Virus genome (UHGV): UHGV-0142770
Length of the DNA stretch: 39,194 nucleotides
DNA from: a virus
Direction: 5' to 3' (one strand)
Part shown: piece by piece, positions 1-7,377 of the stretch
Position numbering within the stretch: position 1 is the stretch's first letter
Layout of the letters: each line of letters begins with the position of its first letter
Made by a program: the position numbers and the translations under genes
Notes under the pieces: model-generated
Told to the model about the DNA's origin: nothing
The model's database searches: none
What the model saw: the letters and a program-made list of their open reading frames with translations, nothing else

Positions 1-2
1 TG

Positions 3-137
3 AAGCACAAAGCTGCGCAAACCGATGTGGTGCAATCTGAAGCTGACGCAAACAGGAATATGACTGAGGGCGGTCGCGATCTGATGAAAAGCGTGGGCAA
101 AGCAGAAGAGAACAAATCGGACAGCTGGTTTAATTAA
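3..137 (+). CDS. 3' end of a CDS running in from the left edge (partial, product unknown); possibly host flank or prophage end
   Basis: Frame 3 is open from the window edge to TAA at 135-137 (...KSVGKAEENKSDSWFN*), followed by a terminator. Too short for the ORF track. No family recognised. Confidence 0.3.
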   Translation, partial: KHKAAQTDVVQSEADANRNMTEGGRDLMKSVGKAEENKSDSWFN

Positions 138-175
138 TCGATGTAAGTAACTTCAAGCCTATAATTCTTGAAGAT

Positions 176-208
176 AAAAAACCCTCTGTAGTAACAGAGG
201 GTTTTGTT
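176..208. terminator. Bidirectional rho-independent terminator between the left-edge CDS and the lysis cassette
   Basis: A-run 176-181, stem CCCTCTG 182-188, loop TAGTAA, stem CAGAGGG 195-201, T-run 202-208. A/T tracts on both sides let it serve both convergent units. Confidence 0.7.
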
Positions 209-356
209 CATTCATAGTGCAGGGATCAAAATCATTCCCACTCAATTATTTACGGATACCATAACCAATTGACTGATAACAACTTCCTGCAACATGATTT
301 TCACCGTACCGTTTTATATACCGTCACCGGAAATCAGTACCATGAAAAATGCCATG

Positions 357-839
357 CTATCTTGTCAGGGTGTCATACTGTTTTTCGCAGACTCTTCCGG
401 CTTCGGCTGCCCGGTCAGCATACTCTGCCAGTTGTCTGTTTCTCTCGAGAGATTTGCTGAGCACGTCGGCAAGCAAAACTCCGGTGTCTGCGGCTGACGT
501 CCCAGCGCCGACAATGGCGTTATACTGCCTGAGCTGCTCACGGATGGCAAAGAGTTGTTGCTGCAACCTGCCAGCGCGAGCGGCAGCATCAAGAGCATCA
601 TTGCGCGCCTGGTCGATTCTCTGCTGCGCTTCACGTTCATTGGTCACTTTCTCCTGTTCGTAGTACTGACGAACTTTGTCTTCTTCGTCTTTGCGGTCTT
701 CTTCCGCCTGCGCATACCCGGCATCGTACTGGCGACTGCCGTGTATATTCCAGGCAACCACTCCGACGATGAACAGAGCAGCAAGCATCACCACGATAAT
801 CAGTTGTTTCCAATATGCTTTTACGAATGCCCAGATCAT
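357..839 (-). CDS. Rz-like i-spanin (inner-membrane spanin)
   Basis: 160 aa with N-terminal hydrophobic anchor ([18 protein letters not shown]) and a charged coiled-coil body. Start overlaps the endolysin stop (836/839); contains an embedded +1-frame lipoprotein ORF. Confidence 0.75.
   Translation of the reverse strand: MIWAFVKAYWKQLIIVVMLAALFIVGVVAWNIHGSRQYDAGYAQAEEDRKDEEDKVRQYYEQEKVTNEREAQQRIDQARNDALDAAARAGRLQQQLFAIREQLRQYNAIVGAGTSAADTGVLLADVLSKSLERNRQLAEYADRAAEAGRVCEKQYDTLTR
365..601 (-). CDS. Rz1-like o-spanin (outer-membrane lipoprotein) embedded in Rz
   Basis: ORF 365..640 lies wholly inside Rz in another frame. Internal Met pair leads into [16 protein letters not shown] with lipobox LAGC; Pro-rich mature part. 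Start taken at first internal ATG (601). Confidence 0.55.
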   Translation of the reverse strand: MMLLMLPLALAGCSNNSLPSVSSSGSITPLSALGRQPQTPEFCLPTCSANLSRETDNWQSMLTGQPKPEESAKNSMTP

Positions 840-1465
840 ATAGCCAGCACCTTACTGGCAGTGACGTACCGCGCGCGCCGGTCGTCGATGCCGTTCCGGC
901 CACCATTGATAATCAGAGTTACACGTGCAATATCACCGGTATACTTCATGCATCCTTTGCTGGCAAAGAACCACGCCGCGCTACGAGCCGCGTATTCGTC
1001 CTGCGCCAGCAGTTCAGGATTCTCCAGCAGGTCAACTTTCAGACCGTTTCCGCAGTCACGATAGTTATTCAAACCGGTAATCTGGATAAGCCCGCGCCCA
1101 CGGTAATTCCAGCCATCGCCGGGAGCATTGTTACCCATGCGTTTGCTGTAAACCAGATTTGCGATCGCGCGCTGGCGCTCAAGTGGCAATGGTGGTTCAC
1201 CAGCACGGCGCCCCAGTGCATTAGCCTGTCCCTGGGTGAGGCGTCCAGTCCTGACAAAGCTCGCCAGTCCGCTGACGCTGTAGTTGAAATTTTCCTGCAA
1301 CCGGGTGAAGCCTCCAGACTCATGCCCGACCTGAGCAATAAACATTGCCTGATCTTCTGGTTTGCTGATATCAAACTCTTTCATCGCAGAAGTTATATGC
1401 GAGAACCAGCGTGCGGCCAGCGCCTCGCTAATACCAGCAGCTCGTTGGAATTGTTTAATCTCCAT
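836..1465 (-). CDS. Endolysin, glycoside hydrolase family 19 (chitinase-like lysozyme)
   Basis: 209 aa with motifs [36 protein letters not shown] typical of GH19 phage endolysins; position between holins and Rz. Confidence 0.9.
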   Translation of the reverse strand: MEIKQFQRAAGISEALAARWFSHITSAMKEFDISKPEDQAMFIAQVGHESGGFTRLQENFNYSVSGLASFVRTGRLTQGQANALGRRAGEPPLPLERQRAIANLVYSKRMGNNAPGDGWNYRGRGLIQITGLNNYRDCGNGLKVDLLENPELLAQDEYAARSAAWFFASKGCMKYTGDIARVTLIINGGRNGIDDRRARYVTASKVLAI

Positions 1466-1763
1466 GTTTAGACCTCGTTATTTTGAAAATCTGAACAACG
1501 TTACCGCGAGTTTTAATAACCGCAGCTAGCATGACAGCGTTGATAATGACCTCAGATAAATCCACAGCCATTGGCGTACGTAACCAGATTGCATAGGCGA
1601 CACGAACAGGAATACTGGCCGCAGCAACAATCAGGAAATAAGCAAGCCATCCTCCCCACCTTCGGTGTTGAGAGCCGTTACGCCGGAATGTGACAACGCG
1701 AATTGCTATGCCAGTGCAAATAACTGCATTGGTGATAAGCAAAAAAAACTCATGCGTTACCAT
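1455..1763 (-). CDS. Small lysis-cassette membrane protein (second holin or antiholin)
   Basis: 102 aa with 2-3 predicted TM segments, directly upstream of the endolysin and overlapping both neighbours. Confidence 0.5.
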   Translation of the reverse strand: MVTHEFFLLITNAVICTGIAIRVVTFRRNGSQHRRWGGWLAYFLIVAAASIPVRVAYAIWLRTPMAVDLSEVIINAVMLAAVIKTRGNVVQIFKITRSKHGD

Positions 1764-2154
1764 CGTCTTTTCTCCCCGGAATTAACTCGCGTGGATTATC
1801 GGAACGGTGATAGAGCCAGATTCCAATTCGAACTGCGACGATTGCTGACACGAATGCACCAGCAGAGAAAACAATCCCTTTCTCAAACGAGTCCTGCGTA
1901 ATTGTAGGGATCAGGCTGGCTATGCCGATAAGAATTGATGCTGCTGGTTTGTAGAAAAGAAGTCCGCAGAGAAAGCTAAGCATCGACAAGAGTACGCGAC
2001 GACGAATGGGATACTCTACTGCAGAGGTAACAAAAATAACCGCTCCAGCCAAAGACCCCAAAGCAACCTCAGGAGGTGCTCCTGCTATAACCGCCACCAG
2101 AGAACTCATGCTAAGCCACTGATTTAAAGACTCACTGGTTATCTGAACTGACAT
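1750..2154 (-). CDS. Holin-like membrane protein
   Basis: About 134 aa with several hydrophobic helices, first gene of the lysis cassette. ATG at 2154 has GGTGG 5 nt upstream; track start 2163 is GTG. Confidence 0.6.
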   Translation of the reverse strand: MSVQITSESLNQWLSMSSLVAVIAGAPPEVALGSLAGAVIFVTSAVEYPIRRRVLLSMLSFLCGLLFYKPAASILIGIASLIPTITQDSFEKGIVFSAGAFVSAIVAVRIGIWLYHRSDNPRELIPGRKDDGNA

Positions 2155-2437
2155 AAAAACCACCGTTTAATGTGCATATGCCCCCCCTAATTTAAGGGGT
2201 TCATCATACACAATAAACCACATGTGGTTAAATAGGTAATTCATTGTGATACTAATGTTAAACTCATTACTGCCGAAAAAGTGTCACTGATTAAAACACG
2301 GTAGAGAAATTATTAACGAGTAATTTAGGCATAATTACAATATTTAAGTTATTAATTCACTGATTTAATCAGTAAAAGATAGCTATAACATACCACCTCA
2401 CAAGGAGGTGGTTTAGGAATAACAATAAAATATGTAC

Positions 2438-4453
2438 TTACGCACTTCGTAATAAATGTTTAGACATAGCGGCAATACAGAAACAAGATAAGTCAGCGTA
2501 ATTTACACCATACATATCCGATTCTTTATCATAAGTAACCAGAGAATAGTCTGTAGGGTTAAGATTATATTTCTCCATAATCAGCATTACTTCTTGAGCC
2601 ATACATCCGAAGTGATACTTATCAGATTCTGCATCTGTCCATTTAAACTTTATCATGCTAATAGCTAATTCTAGCCCTGCACTATACTCTGCCGTAGATA
2701 TCTCATACACATCTTTACATCTACCGTCAGATGTTTGTATTACACCATTAGTTGCAAAGACAGTTTGCCATCTACGACTAGATTGACCACAAGTTCTTTG
2801 ATTATCTATCTGGGGGGCAACACTACCATCTATACGCAAATAGTTATCTTCCGCTTGTGCGCCTCCCATAACACCTTCTAAAAAAGGCAATCCTTTGTGA
2901 TTATTTACAATGAATTTATTGGAGGTATCTTCTGATATTCCGGTACCAGCATCTGGACCTATAAAAATATTACCATTTCCAGTTGGCAACTTTCTTCCTG
3001 CTCTTGCTCCTATCATAACATTCAGGTCACCTGAGGATAGGGAATTGAGGGCATCAACACCAATTGCTGTATTAAAATTACCTGTGAGAGTCCCAGTGTA
3101 TGGGTTCTCAGTTGATGATACTCCTCGCAATGCTCCATTACCTATAGCTGTGTTATGATCACCTTGCTTTAACTCCCTACCAGCTGCATTACCAATAAGG
3201 GTATTTCCATTACATTTATTATACCCAAGACGTACACCTTGAGGGTCTGTGTAGATGCCAGTACGCATTCCTGCAGAGCGTCCTATTGCAACATTAGCTT
3301 CTCCAGAATGGAGTTGCTGCAAAGCTGACATACCAACTGCAACATTGAACCTACCATCCTTACACTCGTTTAGCGCATCCCTGCCAATACCAATCATGTT
3401 ATTTCCAGTGGTGGCTTTCTTCAAAGCATTAATACCTATACTGATAATCTCTGTTCCAGAAAATGGCGACTTATCTGTAAGATCATCTTCTAGAGTATCT
3501 CCTGACAAACCACCCACACCAACCACGATTGTGTTAGTGCCGCTAGTTATGTTGCGACCAGAACTTGGTCCAAGCAAAACCAATTGATTACCTTTACCAG
3601 AGTCAGTGTAATTTTTTGCGGCATCATAACCTAAAATAAGGTTGCTATGAGACTGAGCTACATTGGTAAACGGAATTCGTTCCGCTCCTGTCTCTTTAAT
3701 TATTTTTCCTGGGCCATAAAATCTTCCATTAATATCTTCCGGCAATAAATACGTGCCATCAGGAACATAAACACCTTGTGGCGAAGCAGATGCCGCGGCA
3801 ATGAAAGCATCTGTATCATTTGTGACTCCATCACCTTTAGCGCCAAAGTCAAGAACACTGACAGTATCCCGCATCTTATCCTGAAACGTTCTATATACCG
3901 CGCCTGAACCATACTGAATAAACCAACCAAAACCACCAACAACTCCGGCGATTGCAGCATCGACATAATTACGCATTGAGCGATTATTTACAGCATCCTG
4001 CTCAAGTGATGGATCTGCAAGGTTAGAAATTCTGTTTTGCTTTGCATCGTAATATTTTGCAAGCAAAGATGGTTTCATCAATGCACGTCTGAACCACCCA
4101 AAACATTGCTGGATCAGCATCGTCAGGTAGTCAAAAGCATCTTCATGCACTTCGGGGAAAAATTTTCCCTGATTGCGAAGGTCTGTCTCCTGCACTACAT
4201 CAAGCACACGATCTATCGTAATTCGCCATCCAGCAGCAAGCGGAGACGGAAGAACAACAGAACCGCCACTATAAGTGCCCGCCCCAGTTACCGTATAACC
4301 GGTATCCAGAACCAATTCTGTTACGTTCCCGTTCAGGTCAGACACCTGAACAACCAGGTCTGATTTTTTGAAAATACGGAAGGTATACGGAAATGATGTC
4401 GTAACGCCGTTACCTGTGTATTCGTTGTGGTCAACTTCGGTTGAGACCGTCAT
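2438..4453 (-). CDS. Tail fibre/tailspike: T7 gp17-like N-terminal adaptor, pectate-lyase-like beta-helix, C-terminal intramolecular chaperone-like domain
   Basis: 671 aa. N-terminus (NEYTGNGVTTSFPYTFRIF...GWRITIDRV...) follows the T7 tail-fibre N-domain pattern; DFGAKGDGVTNDTDAF is a pectate-lyase-fold hallmark; Gly/Asn-rich repeats; C-terminus resembles endosialidase-type chaperone domains. 3' two-thirds is visibly AT-richer. Confidence 0.85.
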   Translation of the reverse strand: MTVSTEVDHNEYTGNGVTTSFPYTFRIFKKSDLVVQVSDLNGNVTELVLDTGYTVTGAGTYSGGSVVLPSPLAAGWRITIDRVLDVVQETDLRNQGKFFPEVHEDAFDYLTMLIQQCFGWFRRALMKPSLLAKYYDAKQNRISNLADPSLEQDAVNNRSMRNYVDAAIAGVVGGFGWFIQYGSGAVYRTFQDKMRDTVSVLDFGAKGDGVTNDTDAFIAAASASPQGVYVPDGTYLLPEDINGRFYGPGKIIKETGAERIPFTNVAQSHSNLILGYDAAKNYTDSGKGNQLVLLGPSSGRNITSGTNTIVVGVGGLSGDTLEDDLTDKSPFSGTEIISIGINALKKATTGNNMIGIGRDALNECKDGRFNVAVGMSALQQLHSGEANVAIGRSAGMRTGIYTDPQGVRLGYNKCNGNTLIGNAAGRELKQGDHNTAIGNGALRGVSSTENPYTGTLTGNFNTAIGVDALNSLSSGDLNVMIGARAGRKLPTGNGNIFIGPDAGTGISEDTSNKFIVNNHKGLPFLEGVMGGAQAEDNYLRIDGSVAPQIDNQRTCGQSSRRWQTVFATNGVIQTSDGRCKDVYEISTAEYSAGLELAISMIKFKWTDAESDKYHFGCMAQEVMLIMEKYNLNPTDYSLVTYDKESDMYGVNYADLSCFCIAAMSKHLLRSA

Positions 4454-4557
4454 GTTAAATCTCCAGATAGTCGCAGCACCCGTTGCGCCGCATATCTGGT
4501 TATTCTATTACCTGAAAAACCACATATGGATATAAAGACTGTGAATATGAATAGATA

Positions 4558-4572
4558 TTACCTTTCAGGTAA
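4558..4572. promoter_or_regulatory. Candidate repressor operator TTACCTTTCAGGTAA (TTACC-N5-GGTAA) in the divergent region between tail fibre and antirepressor operon
   Basis: Perfect 5-bp inverted arms with 5-bp spacer. The 16-mer ATTACCTTTCAGGTAA is identical to the site at 23446-23461. Confidence 0.5.
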
Positions 4573-4609
4573 TTTGCAAAACGTGCTGGATAGCAAACAA
4601 ATTATTTGA

Positions 4610-4629
4610 TACTGTATATTTATACAGTT
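4610..4629 (+). promoter_or_regulatory. LexA (SOS) box TACTGTATATTTATACAGTT upstream of the antirepressor operon
   Basis: CTGT at 4612-4615, 8-nt AT-rich spacer, ACAG at 4624-4627: matches the gamma-proteobacterial consensus CTGT-N8-ACAG. Sits about 20 nt upstream of the ATG at 4649. Confidence 0.8.
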
Positions 4630-4648
4630 ATTGCATGGAGAAGATAAG

Positions 4649-4906
4649 ATGCAGCAGTATCACTATCCACTGGAAGAGGGATTTACCGAAAGGATTCACA
4701 CGCCGGGAGGCGTCAGGTCACTGGTGGAGGGATCGCACTTGATGAAATTACTCCGGGATCTCGATAAGGATGGATTTAATGTCGATGGCCCACTTGCCGA
4801 ACTGACTGCACTGATTAACTACGTCACCAGCTCACAGATGTCTATGCAGGATCTGCAAACACATCTCGACTATTGTGCCGAACAATTACGAAAACAAACC
4901 AGATAA
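4649..4906 (+). CDS. Small protein homologous to the C-terminal domain of the downstream antirepressor; first gene of the LexA-controlled operon
   Basis: ATG 4649 with GGAG 8 nt upstream (track start 4631 is TTG). 85 aa. C-terminal ~60 aa aligns with the Ant C-terminus (DGFNVDGPLAELT...DLQTH vs DGHDVSGAAAELT...DIQTH). Confidence 0.6.
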   Translation: MQQYHYPLEEGFTERIHTPGGVRSLVEGSHLMKLLRDLDKDGFNVDGPLAELTALINYVTSSQMSMQDLQTHLDYCAEQLRKQTR

Positions 4907-4937
4907 GGTTTGTAATTACCAAATTGAGTGCTTATAT

Positions 4938-4952
4938 TTACCTTTGCGGTAA
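4938..4952. promoter_or_regulatory. Candidate repressor operator TTACCTTTGCGGTAA between the small ORF and ant
   Basis: Perfect TTACC-N5-GGTAA palindrome. Confidence 0.45.
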
Positions 4953-5045
4953 ATTTACATCGCACTCCTCTTGTGCCATAGTAATCGGGCACTGGCAAAA
5001 TCCAGTGCCGGGATTGGTCTCCCGGATTACTACAGAGGCACATAT

Positions 5046-5065
5046 GCCGCATAAGCGGTTTTTTT
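5046..5065 (+). terminator. Weak intrinsic terminator/attenuator between small ORF and ant
   Basis: Short GC stem (CCGC-ATAA-GCGG) followed by T7 run 5059-5065, preceded by two longer hairpins at 4988-5009 and 5008-5025. Confidence 0.4.
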
Positions 5066-5219
5066 ATGTGTAAAGCGCACCTATTCTATGGTGGGCTGTG
5101 TGGGGGCACCGAAAGGTGCGCCGGGTTCCTTTGTAGCCGGTAAGACCAACTCTGCACAGTTCACCACCATCTGATTGGTCTCAGCGGTGGTGATTAACCT
5201 AACTACAAAGGTGATCGCC

Positions 5220-5912
5220 ATGAATACCAAACCTTCCATCTTTTCCTTTGAGTCATCCTGCCAGATCCGTATGTTCATGATTGACGGAGAACCTTGGTTT
5301 GTCACCAAAGATGTGTGCAATGCTTTGAATATTGATGTTACACAAGCGAGAAAACTTGATAAAAAAGGCTGGAACAAAAAGGGGCTGTATTCAATACAGA
5401 CCCCTGGTGGAATACAAGAACTATCCATCGTTTCAGAATCAGGTCTCTACATCCTTATTCTGCGTTGCAAAGAGGCAATGACTGAGGGAACGAGAGCATT
5501 CAGATTTCTTGAATGGGTTACAGGCGAAGTACTTCCTCAGATCCGCCGCACCGGAAGTTACATTAAAAACTCGCTCCCGCAGGAAGAACGCATAAAGATG
5601 GTTGCCGACCAGGTAGCCAACGCCACGGCGTCAGCAGTAATGCAGGCGATGAAGATAGAGAACAAAACCTACAGTGCCCCACTGAAGCCCGGCTACCGCA
5701 GTCTGATTCATTCTCCGTCTGGTGTTCTCGGCCTGACGGAGAACTCACTGCTGATGAATCTGCTGAACCGGTTACAGGAAGACGGGCACGACGTATCGGG
5801 CGCGGCGGCGGAGCTGACCACCATGTTTTGCTACATCGTTGGTGTGAGCAAATGCCTGCGTGATATCCAGACACACGCGGAGTACATCAACGACAAAGCA
5901 GGGTTCTTCTGA
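5220..5912 (+). CDS. ant: Antirepressor (Bro-N domain, Ant-like)
   Basis: ATG 5220 with AAGGTGA 5 nt upstream. N-terminal FSFESSCQIRMFMIDGEPWFVTKDVCNALNI matches the Bro-N fold of prophage antirepressors. Downstream of a LexA box. Confidence 0.8.
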   Translation: MNTKPSIFSFESSCQIRMFMIDGEPWFVTKDVCNALNIDVTQARKLDKKGWNKKGLYSIQTPGGIQELSIVSESGLYILILRCKEAMTEGTRAFRFLEWVTGEVLPQIRRTGSYIKNSLPQEERIKMVADQVANATASAVMQAMKIENKTYSAPLKPGYRSLIHSPSGVLGLTENSLLMNLLNRLQEDGHDVSGAAAELTTMFCYIVGVSKCLRDIQTHAEYINDKAGFF

Positions 5913-6080
5913 CGGCGGCGGCACAGGGATGTGCCTTTAAATAATTCTGTACAGATTGCAGGTGAATAGCTTACTATTACCTCACGGGTGATCCATAGCG
6001 ATTAGGCACCGATACAGGAGGAGCCCACATGAGAAAATTTGACGAGTACGAAGGCGTTTAACATTCGGATAGTTTAATGA

Positions 6081-6102
6081 CGGGGCCATTAGGCCCCGTT
6101 TT
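6081..6102 (+). terminator. Intrinsic terminator downstream of ant and of a 10-codon mini-ORF
   Basis: Stem CGGGGCC 6081-6087, loop ATTA, stem GGCCCCG 6092-6098, then TTTT. Confidence 0.6.
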
Positions 6103-6120
6103 CATGTCTGGAGACAGTTT

Positions 6121-6660
6121 GTGTTAAGTGAAGAAATGCAATTTGCCATGGCTGTGGCTCAAATCGTAAGTGCAGTCGCGGTTTCGCTTGGCTTGTTCAT
6201 AGCTATCGCTACTATTATTTATAATGTAAATACAGCGAGAAAAGTACACACTTCAGTATTCCTTGGTGAAAGCAGGTTTGATGTAGATTATAAGAAAGGC
6301 CTATCTACTATGCGCCGCATTCACGAATCGAACAAATCATTCCGCTCTTATATGTATCCAAGCAATGGGCAGGCTGATCTTACGGATGAAGAAAAGACAG
6401 AGAAGAGAGAAATAATTTACTGTCTAGGTTTCTACGAACGCATGGCTGTGAGCGTGAAGCGGAAAACTTATGATGAGACCATGATTAAGGAAGTATTTTA
6501 CAGCTCCGTTGTAAATAACTATCAGATTGCGCTACCTCTTATACAAGCCATTAGAGAAAAAGAAAACATAAACACATATTTTAAAGAATATGAATGGTTG
6601 GCCACACGATGGAAGGATTGCCCATTGAAGGATAAATCCCCGTGGTACAAGTTTTGGTAA
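6121..6660 (+). CDS. AT-rich moron: membrane-anchored protein of unknown function (candidate exclusion/defence or conversion gene)
   Basis: 179 aa; GTG start 6121 with GGAGA 6 nt upstream (alternative ATG 6136). One N-terminal TM helix (AVAQIVSAVAVSLGLFIAIATIIY), Lys/Glu-rich body. Own terminator; AT-richer than flanks by eye. Confidence 0.6.
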   Translation: MLSEEMQFAMAVAQIVSAVAVSLGLFIAIATIIYNVNTARKVHTSVFLGESRFDVDYKKGLSTMRRIHESNKSFRSYMYPSNGQADLTDEEKTEKREIIYCLGFYERMAVSVKRKTYDETMIKEVFYSSVVNNYQIALPLIQAIREKENINTYFKEYEWLATRWKDCPLKDKSPWYKFW

Positions 6661-6682
6661 GCCAGCGCTGCGGGCTTTTTTT
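6660..6682 (+). terminator. Intrinsic terminator after the membrane moron gene
   Basis: GC-rich imperfect stem (AGCCAGCGCTGCGGGCT) followed by T7 run 6676-6682, immediately after stop 6658-6660. Confidence 0.6.
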
Positions 6683-6754
6683 GTGGACGAAACAAAAGTC
6701 AGTGCTACACTCATTGACGCCACATTGAGGTGGCTTATAGATGGAAATTTCACA

Positions 6755-6916
6755 ATGAAAAAAGCATTTGCTGCACTGTTCGTTTTGTTGTCTCTGGTAG
6801 CTTCAACTCAGGCCTTTGCCGGTCGTTGTCAGCACGACAGCGATACTGCCGCTGACGGCTCCCGCTGCGGTGGGCGTTCTGCGGATTCCCGCCCGGGTGG
6901 CGGTGGCATTCGTTAA
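6755..6916 (+). CDS. Small secreted Gly/Cys-containing peptide (hypothetical)
   Basis: Internal ATG 6755 gives MKKAFAALFVLLSLVASTQAFA (signal peptide with AFA cleavage motif) plus a ~31-aa mature part with two Cys and a poly-Gly tail. Short and unrecognised, so tentative. Confidence 0.35.
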   Translation: MKKAFAALFVLLSLVASTQAFAGRCQHDSDTAADGSRCGGRSADSRPGGGGIR

Positions 6917-6939
6917 AAACAAGGCCGCGAAAGCGGCCT
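6915..6939 (-). terminator. Intrinsic terminator ending the minus-strand virion operon (after the lipoprotein gene)
   Basis: 7-bp stem AGGCCGC/GCGGCCT with GAAA tetraloop (6922-6939); on the minus strand a U-run follows (A-run 6915-6920 on +). Confidence 0.6.
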
Positions 6940-6954
6940 GTGACATGTCACGAC

Positions 6955-7368
6955 TTATAAAGATGACTGATATTTTACAACTCTGTTCATGGCATCTTTT
7001 TTCACCGAGCTGATATCAGTTCTTATTTTGGCTTCGTCATTACTGCTTATCATGCTATTAATTTTTTGCACTGACATGCCGTTTCTTTCAGCCATTGCAC
7101 ATACAGCAGCATCGTATGAAGAACTCGCTGCGATGGATATCACCTTGTTACACTCAAACACAGCACCTTCAGCAATATCAGATGCCGATGAGGCTGGCTT
7201 GGTATAAGTCTTGACGTAGTGATCAATACAACTATCCTTCGCCGTCTTGGCAAGAGAAAAATCCATTTTAACTTTGTCGCAATATGCCTTATCAACACCG
7301 TCATAAACATCATAGGATGTCGAGCAAGCGGATATCAAAAATACCGATAACAGCAATAATTCCTTCAT
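6955..7368 (-). CDS. Lipoprotein, last gene of the virion operon (candidate superinfection-exclusion factor)
   Basis: 137 aa; N-terminus MKELLLLSVFLISAC has signal peptide plus lipobox (ISAC); AT-rich; four further Cys. Confidence 0.6.
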   Translation of the reverse strand: MKELLLLSVFLISACSTSYDVYDGVDKAYCDKVKMDFSLAKTAKDSCIDHYVKTYTKPASSASDIAEGAVFECNKVISIAASSSYDAAVCAMAERNGMSVQKINSMISSNDEAKIRTDISSVKKDAMNRVVKYQSSL

Positions 7369-7377
7369 TGTTGTTCC

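Noticed and set aside
349-1064. Plus-strand ORFs 349..663 and 555..1064 and other opposite-strand ORFs over the lysis cassette (637..906, 815..1471, 1069..1374)
   Set aside because: They lie antisense to or out of frame with the well-supported Rz, Rz1 and GH19 endolysin genes and have low-complexity translations; shadow ORFs.
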